DNA of 64,000 nucleotides, from the NCBI GenBank assembly GCA_002717145.1, contig PBCP01000084.1, positions 21,604-85,603 on the forward strand, read 5' to 3'. The position numbers were made by a program, and so were the translations under genes. Shown here one piece after another: positions 20,501 through 30,500 of the stretch. Each line of letters opens with the position of its first letter. The stretch's first letter is position 1. Under the pieces are notes generated by a model. The model made no database searches. It was not told the DNA's origin and saw nothing but the letters and a program-made list of their open reading frames with translations. Origin of the DNA: Planctomycetaceae bacterium (GTDB taxonomy: Bacteria; Planctomycetota; Planctomycetia; Pirellulales; Pirellulaceae).

Positions 20501-21352
20501 TTCCGAGACGACGGCTTTAGACCAGTTTAAGACCGTGACTTCACCAAATTCACCAATCGAAACCGAGCCTGAATTGATCTGACTGTGATAAACTCCTCGG
20601 GAATGCGCATAAGAAATCGCGTTGCAAACTGCCAGTAGGATATCGAGAGATTCTCGCAGTGTTGATCGGGTGAGGGTTCGCCGGTCTTCATGAAACGCGC
20701 GTACGTGCTGTTGTAAACTCGTGCCATCAACAAACTTCATCGTGTAATAGGGTTTGTTGTCAGCAGACCAAGCAAGAGAATATACAGGGAGTATGTTTGG
20801 GTGTTCCAGTTGACCCGCAATTTGCGCTTCCCGTATGAACTGTTTTACTTGCTGGGATTGTTCACCAGTCGATGTCTCGAGTTCTCGCAGTAGTATTTGC
20901 CTTCGGAGGACGTCGTCTGAAGCTAGCCACGCGTCACCCTGGTCCAACGTCTCACCGCCCGCCGTGTTAGTGTAGTGAATAGAGTTATTGTCGACTCGTT
21001 CTAGTTGTAGTGGTCGGGAAATTGTCGTTCCTAACGTTCGCCGTGGAGGGGTGGCACCAGTTCGGGAGCTGATAGAGGAGGGAGTACGAGACGAAGTGAA
21101 TGCCGTGGCATTGGGGTCCACGGTTCGCCCAGCCAAGTCAGGAAGCAACTGAAGAATCAGATCGCAGTGGACCATTTCGGTATACAGTGCGGTCAAGATG
21201 CGGTTGATTTCTAATTGCGGATCGAGAGTCAGATCGAGATTGGATTGGTTATCGATAACCAGTTTGCGTAATTCACGTAGGAATTCTGTGGTGGATTTCG
21301 GATTCGCGATCTGGTCCTCGAGAAGTTGTTTCAAGGCGGTTTTATCAATCAC
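17576..21352 (-). CDS. Giant membrane protein with degenerate Ser/Thr kinase (pseudokinase) domain, coiled coil and repeat-rich C-terminal region
   Basis: 1258-aa ORF. It has a kinase-fold block QFIREAQIAGQLEHPNILPVYS..YTMKFVDG..ISYAHSRGVYHSQINSGSVSIGEFGEVTVLNWSKA that is paralogous to the upstream gene but lacks the catalytic residues. One TM helix (FSILFGSVTLVLLIFTLLTETFIL) is followed by an A/Q/E-rich coiled coil and about 750 aa of beta-rich repeats. The GTG start overlaps the upstream stop (GTGA). Confidence 0.85.
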   Translation of the reverse strand: MIDKTALKQLLEDQIANPKSTTEFLRELRKLVIDNQSNLDLTLDPQLEINRILTALYTEMVHCDLILQLLPDLAGRTVDPNATAFTSSRTPSSISSRTGATPPRRTLGTTISRPLQLERVDNNSIHYTNTAGGETLDQGDAWLASDDVLRRQILLRELETSTGEQSQQVKQFIREAQIAGQLEHPNILPVYSLAWSADNKPYYTMKFVDGTSLQQHVRAFHEDRRTLTRSTLRESLDILLAVCNAISYAHSRGVYHSQINSGSVSIGEFGEVTVLNWSKAVVSEDEELTGTLAIDDCRAIGALLFEVLTGTPPHDHSLSSLRVLRSAVPAQLASILKKAFLDDGCYTSVASLADDVRSYLADQPTIAHKDSFYESLSRWSRHHPFSILFGSVTLVLLIFTLLTETFILRSATEEAQATLAGTRHITRHLYHDNQQIEKERRQQEQATNASVEALEQAQRLLAAAKSNAKLALIERDTARKLQQESKVLDENAQIDYKHALEQDAIAVKLLAQAQADERRATDAVEQIRSTSLTTFRSQIRQHILQGRNDLALANARTLLQFVTESDDSTIQDSPLLRAIANHSYNRTSQKHLKLDLSTNRQTKQIASNGASLVVAQNQPSNSSTLIHFFLDDSHHSHLVPGRLEHFFISDNESVAITNINDESIITMFNGETPVFGRLSANCTAALLNNQTIYAGLRNGRIVTYSLEQLSQSAPLTTLPTAPNRIAISPDGAMLAFTFDTTLQILDLQAKRLRYSFPLPSECRQLWFASDNSVALLTDQSYINEFAFGESNARRIRFRPSSDDNQLVDFAEYGNAHYLLFAKGTLVKLDGRLNPTIRRLDDAIHSRILDVNQSTLQILNRDGRLYELDADNLLNNGTPLSLTSSVVAATSDGESKQVMLSNGMLETYLQPSISNSDSFSIGRDLSHLGFTIDGNMVAQKGENQVIRIFPNGQQTTLHEHPAPIRFLRPLGEGRFLGVEDSERITVLRISADGKFSTSYTFPSDVNLDTFCYSAQSDSGYVCSSTKLYHFKEDQTYTYSHPNDLNGLLKTTLSSDARQLLLTSSQVSSRAFQVDLEALEYSEPYEFDGFIRETFWNTSSNKFQLIMTRRTRPDEHLFMNLEADDAEINATVPLPIKSAILRSEVNELVLLTDNNRLIIYSLTDQQIVRHRRFNSLIRDLQLVDNGGHLIITFRDSSIILSIDSLNPTTPLLEGNYLDPIALGDRFYMIRLASNRVMLSGLPALLGTTLTREQTRTFYQQ

Positions 21353-24300
21353 GGCTCTACTCCGTCATTGTTAAGTAAACGACGCAGGGCAATATCTGCT
21401 AGGCAACGTTCAGTCCAATTAGGTCCCGGGTTGCCATCTTCCATTGAATTTGTAAGTCGATGGTTGTGTTTCAGGGCACGTATGGCAGACGGGGTTACAG
21501 GCGGATCCGCTGCGTTTATTAACATGATGGTTCCGCAAAAGTTCCGGATAGGAACGGATGCACGAGAACTCAAAAGGCTTTTGTAGTGAAGTTTGACACT
21601 TTCTGAATCTTTAAGCCTCCATGCATTAAGCAATAACGCTCGCAGCACGATGGGGTTTGAAGTAGCAGTGTTCTTCAAGCGGTCATAGACGGTATTTAGG
21701 TTGTCTAGCTCGAGTTGATGGGGAAGGATCGAGCTAGCAGCGGAGAAATCGACGAACTCTTGCGGTACAGTTAAGTCAACGTGGTCGCGCAACTTCTTGA
21801 GTGTCTGATGATACAAAGGGATATGATCAAGCCAGGCTGCGAGTACGCTTGCTTGATAAAGATGACGATATTGCCTTGACGCCGGGTAACCATCCAGAAG
21901 CGTCGAGACCGCGGCCGAGAATTGACGTGCACCAAGTTGAGCCAAGACGGTTTGGTCGATTAGCCGGGTCGCTTGTTGGCTTGTCAGTGTACCTAACGTG
22001 TCTTGACGGCTAGCTAACTCCTTCGCTAGTGGTTCCCAATAGGCCGGGTCTATTCGAGAGGAGTGCGTCTTGAGCCATCCAAGTGGGCTCGCGGTTCTTT
22101 CAGAGTCAAGATCTGGCAGGTTGAGATATGCAGTAACGGATGCGAGAGGACTTCTAGCTACCGTCTGGTCTTCGGAAATCAACATTCCTGTTAGGGCTAA
22201 CGTTTCTACCGCAATGTCCGAGGCTGGGGAGTCGCTTGATGAGAGGTCATACAAATAGAGGCCTGCCGATGTAGCGGCGATGAGTTGGCATGAATCTATC
22301 TGGCAGTGAATGTCGAGTGCGTGGAATGGGTAAGGCACGAAGAGTGGTGGAGTTATTGGAGTATGTTGGTTGCTATTGTAAATCGTAATTTGATTGTCGG
22401 TGGCGAGAGCAAAAGTACCATCACTGGATAATGTCGTTGTCAGTTTGGGAAACGTACTTTGGTATTCCCGGGGCTTGCCATTGGTCACCCGTTGGACGAG
22501 CCCGTTTTCAAGAAACGCGATCGTTGGATTGTGTTGGAAACGGATTTTCAGTGCTGCTGCCAAAGGTGTCGCGTCAATATAGGCGCCGTCTGAACCTTGA
22601 GTGAATACGTTCCCTCGAGAATCTATGAGTGCCAGCTTTCCGTTGGCATCCCGGAGAAATTGATAGTCGTTGCCAGGAAACGAGTGTGTCGATAGGGGCT
22701 TAGGATCGGAAATTGAGAACTGTTCGAGCGTCGTGGTGTTTTCATCGTGATCGTAACACAATCCTGCGAGTTTCGAGGAGGAAACCCATTCAACTGAGTC
22801 GTACGACCGTACGGAGCCCTCCAGGCGGTTGTATTGTTCATTCTGCCGTGCCGTAGTTGAAAAGATGCTGACGGTCCGGTCTGCATGAGCTATCGCCAGT
22901 GTGCCCGTTTCAGCCTGAACTGCAAAACTATTGCCAGGCCCGTATAGGGCTTGCCTGTCGATCTGTATGTGGTTGCCTTCAGGCCGTAGAAAGAGGAGTT
23001 GTTTGTCTTCTATTAGATAACAGCCGGTTTTGGTGGGAAAAAACAAGGGTGTGCTTCCGTTGGAAGACTTATAAACCGCACTTGCAATTAAATCGAAGGG
23101 CCTTTCTGTTTGGCGTGACTCAATCTTGCCGTCAGCGGTTACCGCAAGGATCGTGTTGTTGAGGTATTGGACGTGAAGATATGGTGTAACGGGAGAGATT
23201 TGTCTTGCAGAATATGACGGGGTGGCGAGATCCCATTTGCGTAATTCTGATGTGGCCAAAAAGGCCATGACAAATCGATTGTCAGGAGATACCAGGCACC
23301 ACTCGATCTTGGCTGGATGGTCCAAATTGCGGCACAGGAACTTACGTTGATATAGGTCATAAGCATGAAGCGTGAAACGGCCCGTTTGGATGACTAAAAC
23401 ACGATTGTCATTACTCAGCTGAATATCTGTTACAGAATCATTCAGTTGAATAGGCGCACTAGTAAGCGATCCTGATGCGTTACTTATTAGAAGACGCCCA
23501 AAGGATGTCCCATAGGCAGTAAAGAGTTGATGGGAATGGAAGACTGAAGCGGTGATGGATTCACCAGCGGAAAGAGGCAGTGTACGTTGTAATCTGGGCT
23601 TGGCGATAAACTGATCACTATCAATCAGTACCTGTTGCCCGTTTCCGAGAGCTACCTGTAATTTGCCAGAAGGATACTGAAATTGGAGGGACACGATCGA
23701 AGCGCGAGGTTTAATTGGTTGAGTTAATAAAAGGCCTTCCTGTGTATCCCATAGTCTTAGCTCAAATTGGCCGTGTACCGTCGCAATGTGATTTCCATCT
23801 GGAGACAATGCTGTATCAGAAATCGGTTGTGCAGTTTCAGGTGTCTCATGCTTCAGATCGAAGGTATCCCGATCAAAGATGCTAAAGCTGTTTGATTGAA
23901 CGAAAATCAAACGGTTGTTGGTAAGGTGCATCGATTGGGGGGAGCGTAACTTAATAGGTAGGACGCCATCCCTGATTAGAGCTCCGGTGTGAGAGTTGAA
24001 AAACAAAATCCGGCTGGAGTTTTCGTTCAACGTAGTCACAACACAATAAGTATCAGCGGATGCAGATATGCAGTGGGCAATGACCTTCGCATCGATTTGC
24101 TGAGTCCATATTAGCTTGAATTTCGTCGTGGACCTTCTTTCAAGCGTGGTTTCGTTTTTTGAATGTAAGGCGAGATGGACAAATTCTCGAAGCGGATCCA
24201 CAAGGCAAAGAGCCTCGTCAGTTTGTCCTGGCTTTAGTGACTGAAGCTGTGGGATGTGAGATTTAATAACGTTGTAACGCAACCGTTGGTGTTGGAGCGT

Positions 24301-26037
24301 TGCTTCGTCAAGATGGGCGGATATCTCATCTTGAAAAACTAGGCCTGTCCAGGCCAACGCCCGCTGGGGGTGCTGGGATAAAAACGCCTGAGTCGCGTTC
24401 CTGTTAATAGAGTCGAAGATCTGCCGTTTGATTTCCTTCGTTAGCGAGTCTGCCCTTGTTCGATTTCTTTCGGCAAGGACCTTGGCTTCCGCTTTAGCTT
24501 TAGAACTGGCTTTAGCTTTTTGGGCTGCAAGATTTGCAGATTCGGTTGCAAGAAGGTGCTCCTTGCGGGCAAGTACTGCGGCCTGTTGTTCAACTAAATA
24601 CTTATCGAGGTTTTGCGACGCCAGTTGCCGGTTCTGGTTGGCTAGTTCCGTGTTTCGATCAGCCTCCTCTTTAGCCTCGCTCGAGTCTTTAATCGCTTCG
24701 GCAAGCTTTTGCTTGGTCTTAAGGTATTCATCCTGTTTCGCAACTTCATTGCGTTTGGCCACCTGCAAATTTGAGTATTCAATATTATAATTCGTGACGA
24801 AGATCGTTAGGACGATTGAGATAACGGGTAAGAGAACCATGGATGCTAACACGGTACGCCGGTTGTGTCGCAGTTTTCGAACGAATGATTGAATTCGGTT
24901 GTCAGGTTTAGCAGTTATTGGTAGATCATTACACCACGCGCGGATGTCTTCGATTAATGCTGCAACATTGGGATACCGTTGCAGGGGATCCCGCTGAAGG
25001 CAGCGATCACTGATATAGGCGAGTCCCTTCAAGTGAGAAGGACAGTTGTTGACTGCCAGAGGAATATCTCCTTCCACAATGGAAGTGAGTAGAGTGCTTA
25101 GACCCTGTGATTGTCTTTCGGGATGTCGTGGCGGATTGCCGCAAATTATTTCGTAGAGAATTGCCCCGAGACTATAAATGTCACTGTATGGGCCGGTCTC
25201 GCTATTGGCAGAGGCCTGTTCTGGTGGCATATAGTTTGGTGTGCCCAGAACTGCAGTAGTTTTCGCAGTGTTGGTGTCTGGTTGAAGAGGCTCTGCTAAC
25301 CCCCAGTCCAAGACCGTAACCTCGCCAAATTCTCCGATTGCGATATTTTCTGGTTTGATATCGCGGTGAATGACGCCGTTGTCATGTGCGTAGGCGATTG
25401 CCTGGCAAATGGCTAGAAATTGCTCCAATAGTGCTTGGGGGTCTTCGGGGGCCGCGGAGGCGGAGTGATGGTATTCGTTTAGACGCTTTGCGAGCGTATC
25501 ACCCCGAATATATTTCATCGTGTAAAACGGGGATTGATCAACGTCCCAGTTCATGGAATACACGGGAACAATATTAGGATGTTGCAGACTACCCGTTACC
25601 TGAGCTTCTTGAACGAATCTAGACTTCGCCCCATCATTATCCTGCAATCCAGGTAATAGCTGTTTCAGGACGACTTCGCGCCGAACCTGTTGATCATGAG
25701 CAAGCCAAACTCTTCCGATCCCGCCATCGGCCAAGAATGAAGTGATATCATGGGGGTCTTCCGTGGAAGGTTTCAATTCATGCACAGCCACCAGTTTGTC
25801 GGCCTCCGTAGGAGAGACGTCCAATAAACCACGCAGGTATTGGGCGTCGACTGAATTTAATGACCCTCCAAAACGAGAGATGAAGGCTAAAATGATTTCC
25901 TGAGGAGTAAGGGTCTGCGTGGGATCGTGATCGGTTGATGAGAGGTGTTTACTCAATGCGCGTGCAACTTCGTCCTGTGCTGCCGTCTTTTGCACAAGCG
26001 AATCGAGTATGTCCTGCAATTCTGCTCCAATGACCAC
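21349..26037 (-). CDS. Giant membrane Ser/Thr protein kinase with coiled coil, repeat-rich (propeller-like) and helical C-terminal regions
   Basis: 1562-aa ORF with Hanks-type motifs: DGGIGRVWLA, EVVLKQL, FVQEAQ, HRDIKPENI (25360-25368), DWG, GTPNYMPPEQ, DIYSLGAILYE and LQRDPLQRYP. A TM helix (VLASMVLLPVISIVLTIFV) is followed by a K/A/E/Q coiled coil. GTG start with GAGGA 9 nt upstream. Confidence 0.92.
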   Translation of the reverse strand: MVIGAELQDILDSLVQKTAAQDEVARALSKHLSSTDHDPTQTLTPQEIILAFISRFGGSLNSVDAQYLRGLLDVSPTEADKLVAVHELKPSTEDPHDITSFLADGGIGRVWLAHDQQVRREVVLKQLLPGLQDNDGAKSRFVQEAQVTGSLQHPNIVPVYSMNWDVDQSPFYTMKYIRGDTLAKRLNEYHHSASAAPEDPQALLEQFLAICQAIAYAHDNGVIHRDIKPENIAIGEFGEVTVLDWGLAEPLQPDTNTAKTTAVLGTPNYMPPEQASANSETGPYSDIYSLGAILYEIICGNPPRHPERQSQGLSTLLTSIVEGDIPLAVNNCPSHLKGLAYISDRCLQRDPLQRYPNVAALIEDIRAWCNDLPITAKPDNRIQSFVRKLRHNRRTVLASMVLLPVISIVLTIFVTNYNIEYSNLQVAKRNEVAKQDEYLKTKQKLAEAIKDSSEAKEEADRNTELANQNRQLASQNLDKYLVEQQAAVLARKEHLLATESANLAAQKAKASSKAKAEAKVLAERNRTRADSLTKEIKRQIFDSINRNATQAFLSQHPQRALAWTGLVFQDEISAHLDEATLQHQRLRYNVIKSHIPQLQSLKPGQTDEALCLVDPLREFVHLALHSKNETTLERRSTTKFKLIWTQQIDAKVIAHCISASADTYCVVTTLNENSSRILFFNSHTGALIRDGVLPIKLRSPQSMHLTNNRLIFVQSNSFSIFDRDTFDLKHETPETAQPISDTALSPDGNHIATVHGQFELRLWDTQEGLLLTQPIKPRASIVSLQFQYPSGKLQVALGNGQQVLIDSDQFIAKPRLQRTLPLSAGESITASVFHSHQLFTAYGTSFGRLLISNASGSLTSAPIQLNDSVTDIQLSNDNRVLVIQTGRFTLHAYDLYQRKFLCRNLDHPAKIEWCLVSPDNRFVMAFLATSELRKWDLATPSYSARQISPVTPYLHVQYLNNTILAVTADGKIESRQTERPFDLIASAVYKSSNGSTPLFFPTKTGCYLIEDKQLLFLRPEGNHIQIDRQALYGPGNSFAVQAETGTLAIAHADRTVSIFSTTARQNEQYNRLEGSVRSYDSVEWVSSSKLAGLCYDHDENTTTLEQFSISDPKPLSTHSFPGNDYQFLRDANGKLALIDSRGNVFTQGSDGAYIDATPLAAALKIRFQHNPTIAFLENGLVQRVTNGKPREYQSTFPKLTTTLSSDGTFALATDNQITIYNSNQHTPITPPLFVPYPFHALDIHCQIDSCQLIAATSAGLYLYDLSSSDSPASDIAVETLALTGMLISEDQTVARSPLASVTAYLNLPDLDSERTASPLGWLKTHSSRIDPAYWEPLAKELASRQDTLGTLTSQQATRLIDQTVLAQLGARQFSAAVSTLLDGYPASRQYRHLYQASVLAAWLDHIPLYHQTLKKLRDHVDLTVPQEFVDFSAASSILPHQLELDNLNTVYDRLKNTATSNPIVLRALLLNAWRLKDSESVKLHYKSLLSSRASVPIRNFCGTIMLINAADPPVTPSAIRALKHNHRLTNSMEDGNPGPNWTERCLADIALRRLLNNDGVEP

Positions 26038-26120
26038 GAACTATATTCCTCTGGCTCAATAGATTCAGTCAATGGATAGTATTAAAATGGCGTAGATAAA
26101 GAAATATTGATCTTTGATGA

Positions 26121-27419
26121 ATGGACGAAAAGCAAATGAAGTACGTTTGGTTAGTGATATTATTTGCATGTACATCAGTGGCACAGGCTCAACCTGCTGG
26201 ATTTAACTATGATGAGTCCAAGGTGCCGGATTACGAGTTGCCTGAACTATTACAAACAAACGCAGGAAATCCTGTGACGACGGCTGCGGATTGGCAGAAG
26301 GTACGACGTAGCGAGATCTTGGAGATGTTTAGGACGCACGTCTATGGACGGGTTCCAGAAGATGCGGTGACCAAAATGGTCAGGGTCATCCAGGAAGAGT
26401 CAGACGAAGCGTTGGGAGGGACCGCGGTTAGGCGGCAAGTTCGGCTTTACCTAAAGGCTCAGGGCGAAGAGCCATTCATCGACGTTTTAATCTATTTACC
26501 GAAGAGCAGAGTTGAGGAGGGGAAATCAACGCCCATATTCACTGGCCTCAATTTTAATGGTAATCATTCCATTACGACTGAGGAAGAAGTGCCCGTTCAT
26601 CAGAAATGGGCCCGAAATGATGCTCGTGTAGGTCATAGGAATAATCGCGCTAGCGAGAGTTCGAGGGGTGCAACCGCACATCGCTGGCAGGTGGAGCTGC
26701 TAATCAAGTCGGGATTTGGTTTAGCGACGGCATATTACGGTGATATTGATCCGGATTATGATGACGGCTGGGAAAATGGCGTGCATGGATTGTTTGGCTC
26801 AAGCAAAAATCTTAAAGCGGATGATTGGGGCTCGATCGCGACATGGGCGTGGGGATTAAGCCGAATGATGGACTATTTCGAACAGGACGACGACATCGAC
26901 CATCGTCGCGTTGCGGTCACAGGGCTTTCTCGTTTAGGAAAAACGTCATTATGGGCTGGAGCTGAGGACGAGCGGTTTGCAATCGTGATATCGACAGATT
27001 CAGGATGCGGAGGAGCAGCGTTAAGTCGCCGCATGTTTGGCGAAACGGTAAAACGCATAAACACGTCCTTCCCCCATTGGTTTTGTGATAACTTTGTCAA
27101 ATACAATGACAGAGAGCATCGCTTACCGGTCGACCAACACATGCTGGTAGCCTTAATGGCTCCCAGGCCGGTATACATCGCCAGCGCTGTAGAGGACGTT
27201 TGGGCTGATCCTAAAGGCGAGTTTCTAAGTGGGCGTGAAGCCAATCCTGTTTACAAGTTGTTTGCTCGTCGCGGGACGATCGAGTTAGAGCAACCGGCTA
27301 TAAATACGCCGATTGGAGACTTTATCGGCTATCATATGCGGACCGGCGGACATGATGCCAATGAATATGATTGGGAGCAATACATCAAGTTTGCACGCCG
27401 GCATTTCGAAATGGATTAA
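26121..27419 (+). CDS. CE15-like glucuronoyl esterase / alpha-beta hydrolase
   Basis: Signal peptide MKYVWLVILFACTSVAQA; ATG 26136 is a possible true start. Nucleophile block VAVTGLSRLGKTSLWAGAEDERFA, then STDSGCGGAAL and a C-terminal YHMRTGGHDANEYDW, as seen in bacterial CE15 esterases. Confidence 0.8.
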   Translation: MDEKQMKYVWLVILFACTSVAQAQPAGFNYDESKVPDYELPELLQTNAGNPVTTAADWQKVRRSEILEMFRTHVYGRVPEDAVTKMVRVIQEESDEALGGTAVRRQVRLYLKAQGEEPFIDVLIYLPKSRVEEGKSTPIFTGLNFNGNHSITTEEEVPVHQKWARNDARVGHRNNRASESSRGATAHRWQVELLIKSGFGLATAYYGDIDPDYDDGWENGVHGLFGSSKNLKADDWGSIATWAWGLSRMMDYFEQDDDIDHRRVAVTGLSRLGKTSLWAGAEDERFAIVISTDSGCGGAALSRRMFGETVKRINTSFPHWFCDNFVKYNDREHRLPVDQHMLVALMAPRPVYIASAVEDVWADPKGEFLSGREANPVYKLFARRGTIELEQPAINTPIGDFIGYHMRTGGHDANEYDWEQYIKFARRHFEMD

Positions 27420-27517
27420 GAAACGTCTGGACGCTCAACGAAGATCCTGAGCCACAGTGTAAACGATGTGTTGCCACGTCTTCGGCTCTTGGTTCTTAGT
27501 AAATAGTAAGTCGGAGG

Positions 27518-30500
27518 CTATTTTTTATTGCGTTCCGGTAGACCGTAGGCTGTCTGGATGTTTACCTGATTATCAACCCATTTTTTTAGAATGAGGTAAC
27601 CGGGGTCGTTTGGTTGATAGCGACGCCCACCCTGATGTCCGTCTTCTTTGCCAGATTGGACGTTGAGAGGTTTGCGGATCAGTTTCGAATTCATAACATC
27701 CTCAATGTTGACTCGATGTTGTAAGATCCGATAGTTGATCAGTAGTTGCTCAACAGAAAGGAAGCCAACCTGATCAGGAGGATACAGTTCTAGGGACGGT
27801 ACCCGACCGGGTTCACCATGACAGATCATGCAAGAGCGTTCGTCACCCCGTAAGACCTTTGTCATCTCAGGCATCACGTAATCACGGAAATAAACAACGT
27901 CGTTGTAAAACTCATCCGGTATCTGAACGACACCTCCTTCGTCGTCGAATCCGTGGTCTGGTTCTTTTGTGACCGCTTCTAACAGCGACTTTTTGAATGC
28001 GCCCTGACTTTGCGAAAGAACCTTGTTTGCGTTTTCAATGACCTTTTTGTCTGTTTCAAACGCTCTTAAAGCCTCCAGTGCTACGAGAATTTCGGGGTTT
28101 CTTTTCATCGATGTGCGGTTCGCTAAGTCGACGCCAAGTTGACGAGTACGTTTGTCCGCTTTGTCAGATAGTTGATCGAGAAATACAGTTAGAGCTCGGG
28201 TGCGAAGTTCTTCATAAGGGTCGACCGGCGGAAGTGCTTTAGGATCCTTAACGACTTCAGGTAGTTTCGTCTTATACTCAAGAATCCAGGGTACACTCTG
28301 CATCCAATACCGAGCATGTGCGTGGTTTTGGATTTCCTGTGGAAAGGCATTTACAAGATTTTCGAAATGAAGATCAGGGTTCTCAGCGACAGCCTGCCCG
28401 AGTCTGTCCGCGACATACCAAATTGCATCGCGTAATTTGGTAGCCTCGGCTTTCTTGGCGTCGTCCGCTATCGCATTGATTTCAGCTTCAGTTAAATACT
28501 GAGTGAGGTCTGGGATCAAGAAGTGAAGGATCTCGTCCTTCTGCTCTTCACTTTGTGGAATGATCCAACGAACTTTAGCGAACATTTTCAAGATCGGTTC
28601 AGAGAGTTCTTTTCGCCGTGGAGGATCCATCGCCCCGCGCCAAAGTTGCGCAATCATAGGTTCGAGTTGTTCCGGCACCGCGATGAGGGAAACCAAACGG
28701 GGGTCACTTATTGATTCTGACGCCAATGGGCGGATATGCTCGGGACCGTTAATAGATAAGTCGACGAGGATTTCTTGTAGATCCTCATTTGGTATATTGG
28801 CAGAGCCCTCAATCGTAGCAAGGAACTTGGGCCCGTAGTCATTGGGATTGTTCTTTTCAATCGAAGCCAGATGGTCGATGACAGCCGCTCCGAAAAGGTC
28901 ATCAGCAAACGTCGTCGTATATCCGAGTTGCCCGGGGCCCCCGTCGCCGCCACGTTGTTTATGGAATGTGGATGCTATCGCTACAAGTCGTTCTGTCAAT
29001 CGATTGAAAGTAGCAGCGTCAGAAGTTTTGGACTCTTCCCTTAATCCTCGCAATTCCACAAACAGGTTTGATAATTCCTTGTATTGATGTTCTCGTGATC
29101 CGTTCGCTATATGTCCATTGACCACGAACAATGCATGGCTTTGGTAACGCAATGCCAGTTCCGTGAGGGCCTCCGACTCTGGTCGACTTAGAAGCTTTAT
29201 CCAGGACTTGTTAATGGAATCCCGCGTTACAGGATTCCAAACCCACCACTGCCAGGCGCTCCGTGTCGCCCAGGACCGGACAGCCGGGTGACGATCATCG
29301 TTCAATGCATGGTCCAGGGTTTCAGTGAGTTGGGTGTGGTCCAGTGAAGAATCTGGCATTTCACTATCGACTAACATGACCAGTGATCTTAAAGCCGCTT
29401 CTCTGGTGTAATCGTCACCATTCTTTGCTGCCGCGAGTATTTCCGGCCAGCCTTCATCATCGATTAAGGTTTGACGCATTGCCCAGTGAGCAGCTTCTCG
29501 CACCTGTTTAGATTCATCATTCAGCAAATCGACAAGTCGGTTAACGTAAGTAGACTCATGTACCGCCCCGAGTGTTAATGCAGCGTAGTAGCGTACAACT
29601 GCCACAGGGTGCGACGTAAATGGAGCGGCTATAATCGCCGTCTCAGGCGTCGCATCGACATAAATTCTCCGTAACGTGGTGACAATGTCGGAGATCGAAG
29701 CATTCTCTTCAATTGAATAATTAGATGGATCAATTAGATATGGTTCTTCAGGAAAATAGCGAGATAACGCGTTGAGGGCATAGCTCGTGGACACAAACCC
29801 TGTTTGCGAGGCAATCTTCCACATTCCCGTTGGCTTCTGATTACGAAGGAGGTTGTCTATAGTGGCCTTAACGACAGGGTGATCCGCGGGTAACCCGAGT
29901 GCATGGAAGGCTAACAGCGAAGTCGATGTGGGACTGGGGTCTGACGTTGTTCCATCAGGAGTCGACCACTTTCCATCGGAGAGAGTGCCGGGATTGAATC
30001 CCCAGCCTCCGTCGCTAAGCTGCGTCTGGAACAACCTTTCAAGATCGGCATCGACTTGTTTATCAATTTTGTCTTGAAGTTCGACAGCCTTCGCGATCCA
30101 CTCATCGCGTTTGACTGCATCCTTTCCCTCGTTTGCAATTTTGGTGGCTTGCGCGACATAGTCGGATGGGAAATAGCGTTTATAGAACTCAATTCGATGC
30201 CCGAGGTCGTCTGCGTACTTGACGTTGATCCCGAGCATCTTGGTCGCTTTTTCCTCTAGTGCGCGGAAAAAACGGACTTCCTGTTGTTTTTCCCATGCAT
30301 TAGCGAGTATTTCGCCAGTGTAGTTGTAAACGACTCCCTGACCGACATTTGCTCCAGGCCCTGCAGCGTTAATGCCTCCCGGGTCAGCAGATTGGAGGAT
30401 GAAATTCGCCGTGCGGAACTGCTGTTTGCTTTGGAGTTTTCGTGGTGGCGTGACACGTTCGAGAGCGACAAGGGCATGGCCTGCTACACGCGTCCCTGCC

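Noticed and set aside
24428-24790. A 120-aa plus-strand ORF rich in Ala/Ser/Leu/Phe.
   Set aside because: It is the mirror image of the Lys/Ala/Glu coiled-coil segment of the giant kinase. This is a compositional artefact of a repetitive GCN/AAR region.
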